A stretch of 63,965 nucleotides of DNA, the filler included, from Chiloscyllium plagiosum (Eukaryota), in the NCBI RefSeq assembly GCF_004010195.1. It is 4 parts of one record of this genome, joined end to end, with 100 filler letters (N's around TTAATTAATTAA, not from the genome) between each part and the next. Parts side by side here need not be neighbours in the genome. Positions count along the whole stretch, not along the records: positions 1 to 31,651 come from NC_057716.1; 3 more parts are not named here. The stretch is one strand, 5' to 3'. Below the pieces are notes generated by a model. The model saw only the letters and a list, made by a program, of their open reading frames with translations. It ran no database searches and had not been told where the DNA came from. Both the position numbers and the translations under genes were made by a program. Positions 1 through 12,469 of the stretch are shown here, piece by piece. Every line of letters starts with the position of its first letter. Position 1 is the stretch's first letter.

Positions 1-455
1 GATTTGAGCTATAGGGAGAGGCTGAACAGGTTGGGGCTGTTTTCCCTGGAGTGTCGGAGGCTTAGGGGTGACCTTATAGAGGTTTACAAAATTATGAGGG
101 GCATGGATAGGGTAAATAGGCAAAGCCTTTTCCCTGGGGTTGGGGAGTCCAGAACTAGAGGGCATAGGTTTAGGGTGTGAGGGGAAAGATATAAGAGAGA
201 CCTACGGGGCAACTTTTTCACGCAGAGGGTGGTACGTGTATGGAATGAGCTGCCAGAGGATGTGGTGGAGGCTGGTACAATTGCAACATTTAAGAGACAT
301 TTGGATGGGTATATGAATAGGAAGGGTTTGGAGGGATATGGGCCGGGCGCTGGCAGGTGGAACTAGATTGGGTTGCGATATCTGGTCGGCATGGACAGGT
401 TGGACCGAAGGGTCTGTTTCCATGCTGTACATCTCTATGACTCTATGACTCTATG
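1..455 (+). mobile_element. CR1 LINE (HER1-like) 3' end
   Basis: Encodes ...LSYRERLNRLGLFSLE.RRLRGDLIEVYKIM...RGNFFTQRVVRVWNELP; ends in (CTATGACT)n tail. Confidence 0.92.
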
Positions 456-834
456 TCAGGAACCAGTTGAATGAATCTTTTCTAAACTGCTCCTAATCCT
501 AAGATGATAAGAAATAGGAACAGGAGTAGGCCATTCATCACCTATTCCGCCATTCAAACCAATCATTGCTAATCCAAACTTTCTCGCATCCACTTTGCTT
601 CCCTTTCCACATCATCCTTGATTCCCCCACTGCGTAAGAATCTATCCATCTCAGCCTTAAATATACATAAGGACTCTGCACCACAGCTCTCTGTAGCAAA
701 GAGTTCCAAAGACTCTCAACCGTCTGACAGAGAAATCTCTTCTCATCTCAGTCTCAAATTGGATTGGTGCCCCTTTGTTCTGAGGCTATGCCCTCTGTTT
801 CTGGACTCTCCCATGAGGTGAAACATCCTCAGGG

Positions 835-1125
835 GATGGCATGGTCCCTCAGTGGTCAGCACTGCTGCCTCACAGCAGCCAGGACCTGGACTTGATTCCA
901 CCCTCAGGTGACTGTCTGTTTGGAGTTTGCACATTCTCCCTGTCTCGGCATGGTGTGCTCCGGTTTACTCCCACAGTCCAAAGAGGTGCAGGTTACGTGG
1001 ATTGACAATGTTAAATTGCCCATAGTGTCCAGAGATATGCAGGCTAGGTGGATTAGCTCTTCGGAGGGTCAGCGTGGCCTCGATGGGTCGAATGGCCTGC
1101 TTCCATACGGTAGGGATTCTATGAT
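835..1125 (+). mobile_element. HE1-like V-SINE (diverged) within an older minus-strand LINE fragment
   Basis: tRNA-like head ggcatggtccctcagtggtcagcactgctgcctcacagc and core gactgtctgtttggagtttgcacattctccc. Confidence 0.8.
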
Positions 1126-1774
1126 CCTCACAGCCTTTACCCTGTGAAATCCCTGAAGAATCCTAAACATCTCAATGAGATCACATCTCAACCTTCTGAA
1201 CACCAGTGAGTAGAGTCCCAACTGTTTAGCCTTTGCTCATAAGACTGTATCCTTTCTGAAATAGGGAGACTAAAATGGTACATTGTACCCTAGATGCACC
1301 CCCAGTCTTAGCAAAACATTCCTACATTAATATTCCATCTCCTTGGAATGAACAACATTCTATTCACTTTCCTAATCACTTGTGGCATCTGCAGACTAAC
1401 CTTTTGTGATTTATGTCCCAGGACACTTAAATTTCACTGCACCACAGAGTTCTGCAATTTCTCTCCATTTAGATAATATGCTCTTTTTTCTTCTTCCTAG
1501 TGAAGTGGACAAGCTCACATACATCTATATTACACTCTCATCTGCTTTTCTTTTCTCATTCACTTAATCTATCTTGATCTCATTGCAGTCTCCTCTTCTA
1601 TAATTACAATCTTAACGTGATCAGAAAGAATTACAGCTATATTTTCAGTTCCTTCGTCCACATCATTGACATGGTTAGCAAATAATTGAGACACCAGCAC
1701 TGATTCCTGTGGCACTGCCAGCACTGATTCCCTGGACACTTTACGCCAGTTTCAGAATTTTCAGTTTGCAGGCT

Positions 1775-4700
1775 CCAGCCACCTATCTTTAGCATGGACA
1801 TGCAATACCTTTACAAATCCATCCCCCACCTGGATGATCTCAGGTCTCTCAGATTTTTCCTGGAACAAAGGCTTGAACTGTCTCCACCCACCAGCAGTCT
1901 CTCCCACAGTTAACTGGTCTATACACCTTGTACCCTCCTCCTGTAAAGACTCTATTCCATTCTCCCAGTTCCTATGTCTCTGTCACATTTGTTCTGATGA
2001 TGCCAACTTCCACAAGGGAGCCTTCAAAATGTTCACCTTCTTTGTCAACTAAGGATTCCCAGCACTATTGTTGACGCGACCCTGACCCATCTCCTGCACT
2101 TCAGCCTTCACCCCCTCTCTTCCTTCCTACAACAATGATAGGGTCCCCCTTGTCCTTACTTACCATCCCACCAGCATCCACATCCAGAGGATTATTAGCA
2201 GTCAATTCCGCCACCTCCAGTAAGATGTCACCACTAAACACATATTCCCCTCTCCTCTCTTGTTAGCCTTCTGAGGGAAGCATTCTCTTTGAGATACCAT
2301 GGTTCACTCTTCTTTCACTCCCAACAACCCCCCACAGCCTCGTGACACCTTCCGCTGCAACTGGAGAAGATGTAACACCTGTCTGTTTACTTCCTCCCTC
2401 CTTGGAATCCAAGGACCCAAACACACACTCAGGTGAAGCACTTCCTACAATCTAGTCTACTGCATTCGCTGCTCATAATGTGGTCTCCTCTACATTGAGG
2501 AAATGAAATGTAGAGTGGGTGACTGCTTCACAGAACACTTGCATTCTGTTCACAAAGAAGACCCTGAACTTCCAGTTGCCTGCCATCTCAACACGCCACC
2601 CTGCTCCCTGGCCAACATCTCTGTCTCAGGTTTATACATTAAGGACAAACGGTTACCTAGGGAGAGAATAGGGCCCCTCAAAGATCAGCAAGGCAGCCTA
2701 TGTGTGAAGCTGCAGGAGATGGGAGAGGTACTAAGCAGGTATTTTGCATCAGTGTTTACTGTGGAGAAAGACATGGAAGATATAGACCGTGGGGAAGTAG
2801 ATGGTGACATCTTGAAAAATGTCCATGTTACAGAGGAGGAAGTGCTGGATGTCTTGAAATGCATAAAAGTGGATAAATACCCAGGACCTGACCAGGTGTA
2901 CCCTAGAACACTGTGGGAAGCTAAGGAAGTGATTACGGGGCCCCTTGCTGAGATATTTGTTTCATTGATAGTCACAGGTGAGGTGCTGGAAGACTGGAGG
3001 TTGGCAAACGTGGTGCCACTGTTTAAGAAGGGTGGTTCAAAGCCAGGGAACCATAGACAGGTGAGCCTGACATCAGTAGTGGGCAAGTTGTTGGAGGAAA
3101 TCCTGAGGGATGGGATTCACATGTATTTGGAAAGGCAAAGACTGATTAGGGATAGTCAACATGGCTGTATGCATGGGAAATCATGTCTCACAAACTTGAT
3201 TGAGTTTTTTGAAAAAAATAACAAAGAGGATTGATGAGGGCAGAGTGGTAGGCGTGATTTATCTGGAGCTGAAAATGTGTTGCTGGAAAAGCGCATCCAA
3301 GGTCAGGCAGCATCCAAGGATCAGGAGAATCGATGTTTCGGGCATAAGCCCTTCTTGATGATTTATATGGACTTCAGTAAGGCGTTCGACAAGATTCCTC
3401 ATGGTAGACTGGTTAGCAAGGTTAGATCTCACGGAATACAGAGAGGACGAGCCATTTGGATGCAGAACTGGCTCAAAGATAGAAGAGTGTTGGTGGTAGA
3501 GGGTCGCTTTTCAGACTGGAGGCCTGTGACCAGTGGGGTGCCAAAAGGTGCTGGGTCCACTGCATTTTGTCATTTGTATAAATGATTTGGATGTGAATAT
3601 AAGAGGTATAATTAGTAACTTTGCAGATGACACCAAAATTAGAGGTGTGATGGACAGCAAAGAAGGTTACCTCAGATTACAACGGCATCTTGATCAGATG
3701 GGCCAATGGGCTGAGAAGTGGCAGACGAAGTTTATTTAGATAAATGCAAGGTGCTGCATTTTGGAAAAGCAAATCTTAGCAGGAATTATACACTAAATGG
3801 TAAGGCCCTGGGGAAAGTTGTGAACAAAGAGACCTTGGAGTCTAGGTTCATACTTCCCTGAAAGTAGAGTCACAGGTAGATAGGATAGTGAAGAAGGCAT
3901 TTGGTATGCTTTCTATTATTGGTCAGAGTATTAAGTATAGTGGCACAGTGGTTCAGTGGCTAGCACTGCTGCCTCACAGTGCTAGGGACATGGGTTTGAT
4001 TCCAGCCTCAATCGACTGTGTGGAGTTTGCATATTCTCCCTGTGTCTGTGTGCGTTCCTTCCGGGTGCTCCAGTTTCCTCTCACAGTGTTCAGGGTGTGG
4101 GGTTAGGTGCATTAATCAGGGGTAAATGTGGAATAATGGGTTTGGGTGGGGTGCTCTTCAGAGGGTTGGTGTGCACTTGTGGGGCAAAAGGGCTGTTTGC
4201 ACACTGTAGGGATTCCAAGATTCTAAAGAATTGGAAGGTCATGCTGCGGCTGCAGAGGACATTGGTTAGGCCACTGTTGGAATATTGCGTGCAATTCTGG
4301 TCTCCATCCTATCGGAAGGATGTTGTGAAACTTGAAATGGTTCAGAAAAGATTTATAAGGATGTTGCCAGGTTTGGAGGATTTGAGCTATAGGGAGAGGC
4401 TGAATAGGCTGGAGCTGCTTTCCCTGGAGCGTCGGAGGCTGAGGGGTGACCTTATAGAGGTTTACAAAATCATGAGAGGCATGGAGAGGGTATATAGACA
4501 TTGTCTTTTCCCTGGGGTGGGGGAGGTCATAGGTTTAGGGTGAGAGGGGAAAGATATAAAAGGCACATAAGGGGCAACTTTTTCATGCAGAGAGTGGTAC
4601 ATGTATGGAATGAGCTGCCAGAGGAAGTGGTGGAGGCTGGTACAGTTACAGCATTTAACAGGCATCTGGGTGGGTATATGAATAGGAAGGGTTTAGAGGG

Positions 4701-5560
4701 TTATGGACCAAGTGCTGGGAAATGGGACTAGATTTGGTTGGGATATTTGGTTGGAATGGACATTTTGGACTGAAGGGTCTGTTTCTGTGCTGTACATCTC
4801 TATGACTCTGTTATTGCAATGCTCCAGTGAAGCTCAGCGCAGGCTGAAAGAAAACCATTTGATTTTTCGCCTCCGAACCCTGCAGTCTTCCAGACACAAT
4901 ATGAAATTCAATAAGTTTAGGGTTTGAGCTCTCCCATGTCCTTACCCCAACCCCCACAATCAGGCCTTGTTATCACATAGAATCCTAGAAGCACTACAGT
5001 GTGAAAACAGGCCATTCAGCCCAACAAGTCCACACCGATCCTCTGAAGAATACCCCAGCCAGACCCATTCCCCTACCCTATTGCTCTACATTTTCCATGA
5101 CTAATTCACCAACACATGCGTAAGTTGCTATTACACACCACCTATTGTTAGTCACTAACTATCCCCATTAACAGCTTTTCACCCTGCTAGCCAGATTGTT
5201 ATCCAATCCTTTGGATGTCTAACTGCTCTTCTCTCTCTTTGGGCTCTATCCCCACCTGTCGTTTAGTCCTTACCTCTACCCCCCACCTTCTGCATATAAA
5301 CCAACATAAAGCGCGCTGCTTGTCACTGGCCACTCGGGTATTTTTTCTTCCTGGTGGTGGAAAATAAATAAAGGTTTCTGCACTTGCTGTTACTTCACTG
5401 TGCCCAACACCTACATGAAAAAAAGAAGAAAAAAATATAAACCAACATTGTCCGAGCTACCATCAGTTCTAGGAAAGGTCACTCGATCCGAAATATTTTC
5501 ACTGATTTCTCTCTGTAGATGCTGCCATGCCTGCTGAGCTTTTCCAGCAATTTCTATTTT
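1775..5560 (+). mobile_element. Penelope-like element remnant (RT, GIY-YIG, 3' terminus) interrupted by nested CR1 and SINE
   Basis: Motifs MDMQYLYKSIPH, SCKDSIPFSQFL, LVYCIRC..CGLLYIEE; frame resumes after the CR1 at 4811 with LLQCSSEAQRRLKENHLIFRLRTLQ; degenerate hammerhead-like terminus near 5468-5500. Confidence 0.85.
2633..4810 (+). mobile_element. 5'-truncated CR1 LINE, carrying a mini-insertion (3268-3358) and a SINE (~3940-4225)
   Basis: ORF2 motifs GPD.VYPRTL, ANVVPLFKKG, SQHG, SCLTNL, YMDFSKAFDK, FADDTK; CTATGACT tail near 4800. Confidence 0.92.
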
Positions 5561-6109
5561 TGTCTCTGCTTCCCTTTTATACAGGTTCATTCATAAATTG
5601 GATCTCCCTTTCACAAAACCACATTGACTCTACATCAGAAGTTTCCAAGTGTGTGACTGTATCCTTGTTAATTAAAGTATCCAACATTTTCCCAATCATA
5701 GATACTCATTTCAATGTACTGTGGTTTTATGCTTTTGATCTGCCTTATTTATTGAATAGAGCATTGATATTCACTATTCTTAAATCAGTGAACTGGGAAA
5801 TTGGGTTAAATGATGACTGTATAGTAGCAGATATTTAAGAGCGATTTAATGATGTTTAACCAGTAAGAATGAAAGGCTTCAGAAAATTGGTTGCATTCTG
5901 TAGGGAGGTGGTGGGGTTTAGTAGTAAAGTCAATGTTAATCCAGAGGCATAGATCAAAATCCTAATGGTTTGGGTTCAAATCCAACATGATACCTACTAA
6001 ATTAAATGATGAATGGTAGGATTCTGGAAAGCACCAAGGATCAGAGGCACCTTGGTGTGCATCTGGTCCTGAAAGGTGGTGAGACAGGTGGATAATGTGG
6101 TTAAGAAGG

Positions 6110-7076
6110 CATATGAGTTGGGGACCAGATGTAGTGTGTCAAAGTTTACAGATAACACTAAGATGAGTGGCAGTGCAAAGTGTGTAGAGGACTGTGAAAC
6201 CTTGCAGAGAAACATAAATACTTTAACAAGTGGGCAAAGGTTTGGCAGATGGAGTACAATGTTAATAAATGTGAAGCCATCCATTCTGGCAGGAGGAACA
6301 GTAAAAGGGATTATCACCTGAATGGTAAAAAATTGCAGCATGCTGCTATGCAGAGGGACCTGGGTGTCTTTGTGCATGAATCATAAAGGGTTGGTCTGCA
6401 GGTACAACAAGTAATTAGGAAGGCAAATGGAATTTTGTCCTTCATTGCTAAAGGGATTGAGTTTAAAAGCAGGGAGGTTATGTTGCAGCTGGACAGGGTG
6501 CTGGTGAGGCCACACCTGGAAGACTGTGTGCAGTTTTGGTCTCCTTACTTGAGAAAGGATGGACTGGCACTGGAGGGGGTGCAGAGGAGGTTCACTGGGT
6601 TGATTCCGGAGTTGATGGGGTTGGCTTATGAGGAGAGACTCATTAGACTGGGATTATATTCATTGGAATTCAGAAGATTGAAGGGGAATCTTATTGAAAC
6701 ATATAACATTATGAAGGGAATAGATAAGATAGAAGTAGAGACGATGCATCCACTGGCGGGTGAGACTAGGACAGAAGGGCATAGCCTCAAAATTACAGGG
6801 AGCAGATTTAGGACTGAGTTGAGAAAGAACTTCTTCACCCAGAGGGTTGTAAATCTATGGAATTCCTTGCTGAGTGAAGTAATTGACACTACTTCAGTAA
6901 AGGTTTTTAAAGTTATGATAGATTTTTTTTTGAATAATAAAGGAATTAGGAGATATGGTGAGAGTGCGGGTAAGTGGAGCTGAGTCCACGAAAAGATCAG
7001 CCATGATCTTATTGAATGGCAGAGCAGGCTCGAAGGCCAGATGGCCGGATGGTTTCTAGTTCTTATGTTCTTATGA
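6110..7076 (+). mobile_element. CR1 LINE 3' part, second subfamily
   Basis: ORF 6435-6983 LVRPHLEDCVQFWSP...FFTQRVVNLWNSL; TTCTTATG tail. Confidence 0.9.
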
Positions 7077-7079
7077 GAT

Positions 7080-7650
7080 ACTTGCATTTACTAGCTGAGG
7101 CATAAAGTTTAACAGCAGGTTGGTTATGCTGGAACTGAATAAAAGTTGGTTAAGTCACAGCAAGACTATTGTATGAAGTTCTGGAATCCCCATGACAGGA
7201 GAGTTATGATTACACTGGAGAGGGTAAAGTGAGATTTACCAAGGGGGATGTTGCCTGGGCTGGAGAATTTCAGTTATGAAGAGACATTAGACTGACTGGG
7301 GTTATTTCCTTGAAGCAGAGAAGGTTAGGGGTACATGGTTATGAGAGTCATAGATAGGCTAGAAGGAATAAACATTTCCTCTTGGATGGATAAATGACCA
7401 AGTGGCAAAACTGTAAGGGTAAGGGGCAGGAGGTTTAGAGGAGATGTGAGGGAAAACTTAATCACCCAGAGGGTGGCAGAAATCTAGAACCCACTGCCCG
7501 TCAGGGTGATAAAGGCAGAAACCCTCATAACATTTATGAAGTGATCAGATGTGCACTTGTGAGGCCAAGGCGTACAAGGGTGTGGACAGACTTGGTGAGC
7601 TGAAGGTCCTTTTTCTATGTTGTAGATGTTGATGAATCTGTAAATGCCAT
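7080..7650 (+). mobile_element. Degraded CR1 3' fragment
   Basis: Residual homology (ctggagagggt, gatgttgcctgggctggag, cacccagagggtgg). Confidence 0.65.
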
Positions 7651-7979
7651 GATGACTCTAACCCCTGCCCATCACTTTCCCATCTCTTACCCAGGTACAC
7701 CCTTCCTTTCGCCTCCTCAATTCATAATTAACTCTGGGAGATTGATTATGCCCTTTAAATGAAGACAGATAGAAATTAACTGTTCAATTCATTTGCTCTT
7801 TATTTGCCATTACTAATTATCCAACTGTCACTCTGAAGGACCAATGTCACATAACTTACGTCTTTTCCTTTGTGAAGTTGCTGTAAAATGTTCTCATATT
7901 TCCAGTAAACTTTCTCTACATAATTTCTCCCCCTTTATTAATTGTCTTTAATTCTTTGCTGACTTTGATAATTCAATTT

Positions 7980-8255
7980 AATAACTACAAATTGAGGGGT
8001 GATAAGTTTAAGACAGATGTCAGAGGCAGGTTCTTTATGCAGAGAGTGGTAAGGGCGTGGAATGCCCTACCTGCCAATGTAGTTAACTCAGCCACATTAG
8101 GGAGATTTAATCAATCCTTAGATAAGCACATGGATGATGATAGGATAGTGTAGGGGGACGAGCTGAGAATAGTTCACAAGTCGGCGCAACATCGAGAGCT
8201 GAAGGGCTTGTTCTGCGCTATATTGTTCTATGTTCTATGTTCTATGTTCTATAGT
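7980..8255 (+). mobile_element. CR1 3' end
   Basis: YKLRGDKFKTDVRGRFFMQRVVRAWNALP; (TTCTATG)n tail; near-identical to 62930-63182. Confidence 0.9.
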
Positions 8256-8387
8256 ATTCTGTCTAAACTTCTGACCTGCTGCTCATCTTCTATTTTGATA
8301 CTATCGTTAACTTTCTTAGGTGGCTACAGATGGTAAATCATTCACTTAAGTCTTTCATTCTCACGGTACTGTGACTGATTGTCCAAA

Positions 8388-8856
8388 CATAGAGTCATAG
8401 AGATGTACAGCACAGAAACAGATCCTTCGGTCCAACCCGTCCATGCCGACCAGATATCCCAACCTAATCTAGTCCCACCTGCCAGCACCCGGCCCATATC
8501 CCTCCAAACCCTTCCTATTCATATACCCATTCAAATGCCTCTTAAATGTTGCAATTGTACCAGCCTCCACCACTTCCTCTAGCAGCTCATTCCATACACG
8601 TACCACCCTCTGCGTGAAAAAGTTGCCCCGTAGGTCTCTTTTATATCTTTCCCCTCTCACCCTAAACCTATGCCCTTTAGTTCTGGACTCCCCGACCCCA
8701 GGGAAAAGACTTTGCCTATTTACCCTATCCATGCCCCTCATAATTTTGTAAGTCTCTATGAGGTCACCCCTCAGCCTCTGATGCCCCAGAGAAAACAGCC
8801 CCAGCCTGTTCAGCCTCTCCCTATAGCTCAAATCCTCCAGCCCTGGCAACATCCTT
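8388..8856 (-). mobile_element. CR1 (HER1-like) 3' end
   Basis: ORF 8469-8852 MLPGLEDLSYRERLNRLGLF...; reverse complement of the 1-455 family. Confidence 0.92.
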
Positions 8857-8899
8857 GCCCTTAAATATCAGCTACTGTACTTCTACTTACCCAACATTT

Positions 8900-10460
8900 C
8901 CCAGCCTGTCAGCGGTGGTAGGTAAGTTATTGGAAGTGATTCTGAACAATAGGATTTACAGGTATTTGGTGAGACAAGGAATGATTAGGAGTAGTCAGCC
9001 TGGTTTGGTGCAAGGGAAATTATGTCTCACAAACTTGATTGAATGTTTTGAGAAATTTACACATTGTTTACTTGGATTTTAGTAAAGTCTTTGATAAGGT
9101 TCCACATTGTAGACTAATTATTAAAGTTAGATTTTACGGGATTTATGCCAATTGGACACAAAATTAGCATTATAGTAGGAGACAGTATAGCAGTATAGTA
9201 GTAGTAGCATTATAGTTTTGAGTGTGGTAGTGGAGGGTTGTTTTTCAGACTAGAGGCCTGTGACCAGTGGAGTGCCACAGAGATCGGTGCTGGGTCCACT
9301 TTTGTTTGTCATTTATATAAATTATTTGGATCAGAATTTAGGAGGCAGGGTTAGTAAGTTTACAGATGACACCAATATTGGTGGTCAAGCGGAGAATAAA
9401 GAAGGTTATCTAAGATTACAAAGAGACCTTGGTCAATGGGCTGAGGAGTGACAGATGGAGTTTAATCTGGAAAAGTGGGAGGTATTGGATTTTGGTAAAA
9501 CAAACAAGGCTAGCATTCATACAATTAATGGTGGGGCCCTGGTAGTGTTATAGAACAGACAGACTTTGGGGTTCAGGTACATATTTCATTGAAATTTGTA
9601 TCACAGGTAGATGGTGTGGTTCAGACGACGTTCAGCATGCTTGACTTCAGTGCTCAAACCTTTGAGTATCGGAGTTGGGACTTCATATTGAGGCTTTATA
9701 GGACATTGGTAAGGCCGGTTCTGGTGTACTGTGTACAATCCTGGTTGCCCTATTATAAGAAGGACATTATTAAACTGAAGAGGATTTAGAAAAGATTTAC
9801 CAGCGTGTTGCCAGGAATGGAGGGTTTAAACTATAATTACAGTCTAGATTGGCTGTGAATTTTTTTTTAGATTACTTACAGTGTGGAAACAGGCCCTTCG
9901 GCCCAACAAGTCCACACCGACCCCCCGAAGTGCAACCCATCCAGACCCATTCCCCTACATTTACCCCTTCACCTAACACTACGGGCAATTTAACATGGCC
10001 AATTCACCTAACCTATACATTTTTGGACTGTGGGAGGAAACCCACACAGACAAGGGAAGAATGTGCAAACTCCGCACAGTCAGTCGCCTGAGGCAGGAAT
10101 TGAACCTGGGTCTCTGGTACTATGAGGCAGCAGTGCTAACCACTGTGCCACCGTGCCGCCCACTTTTGTAACTGGATCGTAGGAGGTTGACGGGGTGGCC
10201 TGTTGGAGGTTTATAACGTTTTGAGGAACATAGATAAGAAGATTAGCAAAGGTCTTTTCCTGAAGGTGGGGGAGTTTAAAACTAGGGGGCATATTTTTAA
10301 GGTCAGAGGAGAAAGGGTGAAAAAGGACACAAGGAGCAATGTTTTTATACAGAGAATGGTTAACATGTGGAATGAACTGCCAGAGGAAGTGGTGGATACA
10401 GGTACATATTCCAAAAGACATTTGGATAAGAACATGAAGTAGAAACATTTGGAGGTATTT
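8900..10460 (+). mobile_element. Degraded CR1 LINE with nested minus-strand V-SINE (~9865-10160)
   Basis: CLTNLIE, SGVPQRSVLGPLLF, FTDDT, LVRP.L.YCVQ.W motifs. Confidence 0.88.
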
Positions 10461-10464
10461 GGGC

Positions 10465-12468
10465 TGATTGAGAATGAGCCATCAGTCCTCAGTAAAGGTT
10501 TCACTTTCATCCCACTATACTCCCAGGTCAATGAATTCCATATGTGCTGTGACATTGAACTTTTCTTCTGCCACCTCCACCTCTGTGCTTACTTTTACCA
10601 TCGTGATTCCCATCCACCCTCCGAGGAGCCCTTCTCCTGCCTCCAACATACTCCATCCTCTTGGACACCCTATCCTGGTCTCTTACCGGCCCTTGATCGC
10701 TTCATCTCCAACTGCCGTCATGAAACTGACCGCCTCAACCTCTAACCCACGCAAAGTGCAGGCCTCCATACCCTCTGCTCCAACCCCAACCTCACTATTA
10801 AACCAGCAGACAAGGAGGGTGCAGTGGTAGTTTGGCGCACCACCCTCTACATCATTGAAGTCAGGCACCAACTCTTCCACCATCCCCTTGACCATGACCT
10901 CACCTCTCTGCACCAAACCATCATCTCCCAGACCATCCACAACTTCATTGGCTCAGGGGGTCTCCCATCCACAACCTGGAACCTCAGAGTTCCGTAACCC
11001 CGCATCACCCGGTTCTACCTCTTCCCCAAAATCCACAAACCTGACTGCCCCGGTCAACTTAATGTCTCTGCCTGCTCCTTCCAACCAGAAGTTTTCTACT
11101 CATACCTCGACACTGTCCTGTGCCCCTTGGTCCAGGAATTCCATACATAGACTCAGTACACCACTACAATCGCTACCTCCTGCATGACTTTCAATTCCCT
11201 GGCCCCCAACGCCTCACCTTCACCATGGACATCCAGTCCCTATGCCCATCCATCTGCCATTGTGAAGGCCTCCAAGCCCTCCGTTTTTTTCCTCTCCTGC
11301 TGACCCAACCAGTCCCCCTCCACAGACACACTGATTCGATTGGTGGAACTGGTCCTCACCCGCAACGGCTTCTCCTTCGATTTCTCCCACTTCCTTCAGA
11401 CCAAAGGGCAGCCGCATGAGCCCCAGCTATGCTTGTCTCTTCGTCAGCCACATGGAACAATCCATCTTCCGCATGTACAATGGCACCATCCCCCACCTCT
11501 TTACCTGCCAAATTGATGACTGTATTGGCATCACCTCATGCTCCCATGAGAAGGTTGAACAATTCATCAAGTTCACTAACACCTTCCACTCTCACCTTAA
11601 TCACCTAGATCATCATGGACCTCTCTGTCGCCATCTCTGGTGACTGACTCAACATGGACGTCTACTATAAACCCACCAATTCCCACAGCTACCGGGACTA
11701 CACTCCTTCGACCCCACCTCCAGTAAATTCTCAATCCCTTACTCCCAATTCCTCCGCCTCTGCCATATCTGCTCCACTTCAGGGCATCCTAGATGGCCTC
11801 CTATTTCAAGGACCACAATTTCCCCTCCTGTGTAATCAATAATGCCCTCCACTTCTTGCATCTTCACCCTTGAACCTCACACCCCTAACTGTAACAAGGA
11901 TAGAACCCTCCAGGTCCTCATTTTCCACCCCACTAATCTCTGGATACAGTGCATTTCTGCCATTTCTGTCACATCCAATGAGACCCCACCACCAGAGACA
12001 CATTTCCCTCCCCATCCCTCTTTGCATTCCGCAGAGACCATTTCATGAGTGACTCTCTGGCTAGGTCCACACTCCCCAACAACCAACCAAATCTCCACAT
12101 CCAGCACCTTCCCTTGCTGTCGTGTAAGACCCACACCTCCCCCTCACAAGGCCCCACAGGATCTTTTCACATCCAGCAGAGATTTTCCTGCACATCCACA
12201 CACCTCAAGTACTGTTTCTTGCTTTTGACGTGGTCTCCTCTACATTGGGGAGACAGAATGGCAATTCGTAGAGCGTTTCAGGGAACATCTTTGGGACACA
12301 CACACCAAACATCCCCACTGCCTTGTGGCCGACCACTTCAACTCCCCCTCCCACTCCTCCAAGGACATGCAAGTCTTGGGCCTCTTCCACAGCCAAATTT
12401 AAGACAGCTGACAAGAGGTAGGAAGAATGCCTCATCTTCTGCCTTGGGACCCTTCAATCACGTGGCAT
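10465..12468 (+). mobile_element. Penelope-like element, long decayed RT-GIY-YIG region
   Basis: SVLSKGFTFIPL, KPADK.GAVVVW, RFYLFPKIHKP, FTMDIQSL, MSPSYACLFV, DDCIG, YIGET, ADHFNS motifs across frameshifts. Confidence 0.88.
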
Positions 12469-12469
12469 C

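Noticed and set aside
2503..3234. 243-aa ORF as a novel GIY-YIG/RT fusion gene
   Set aside because: Chance in-frame junction of a CR1 inserted into a Penelope element at ~2632; ends at a frameshift.
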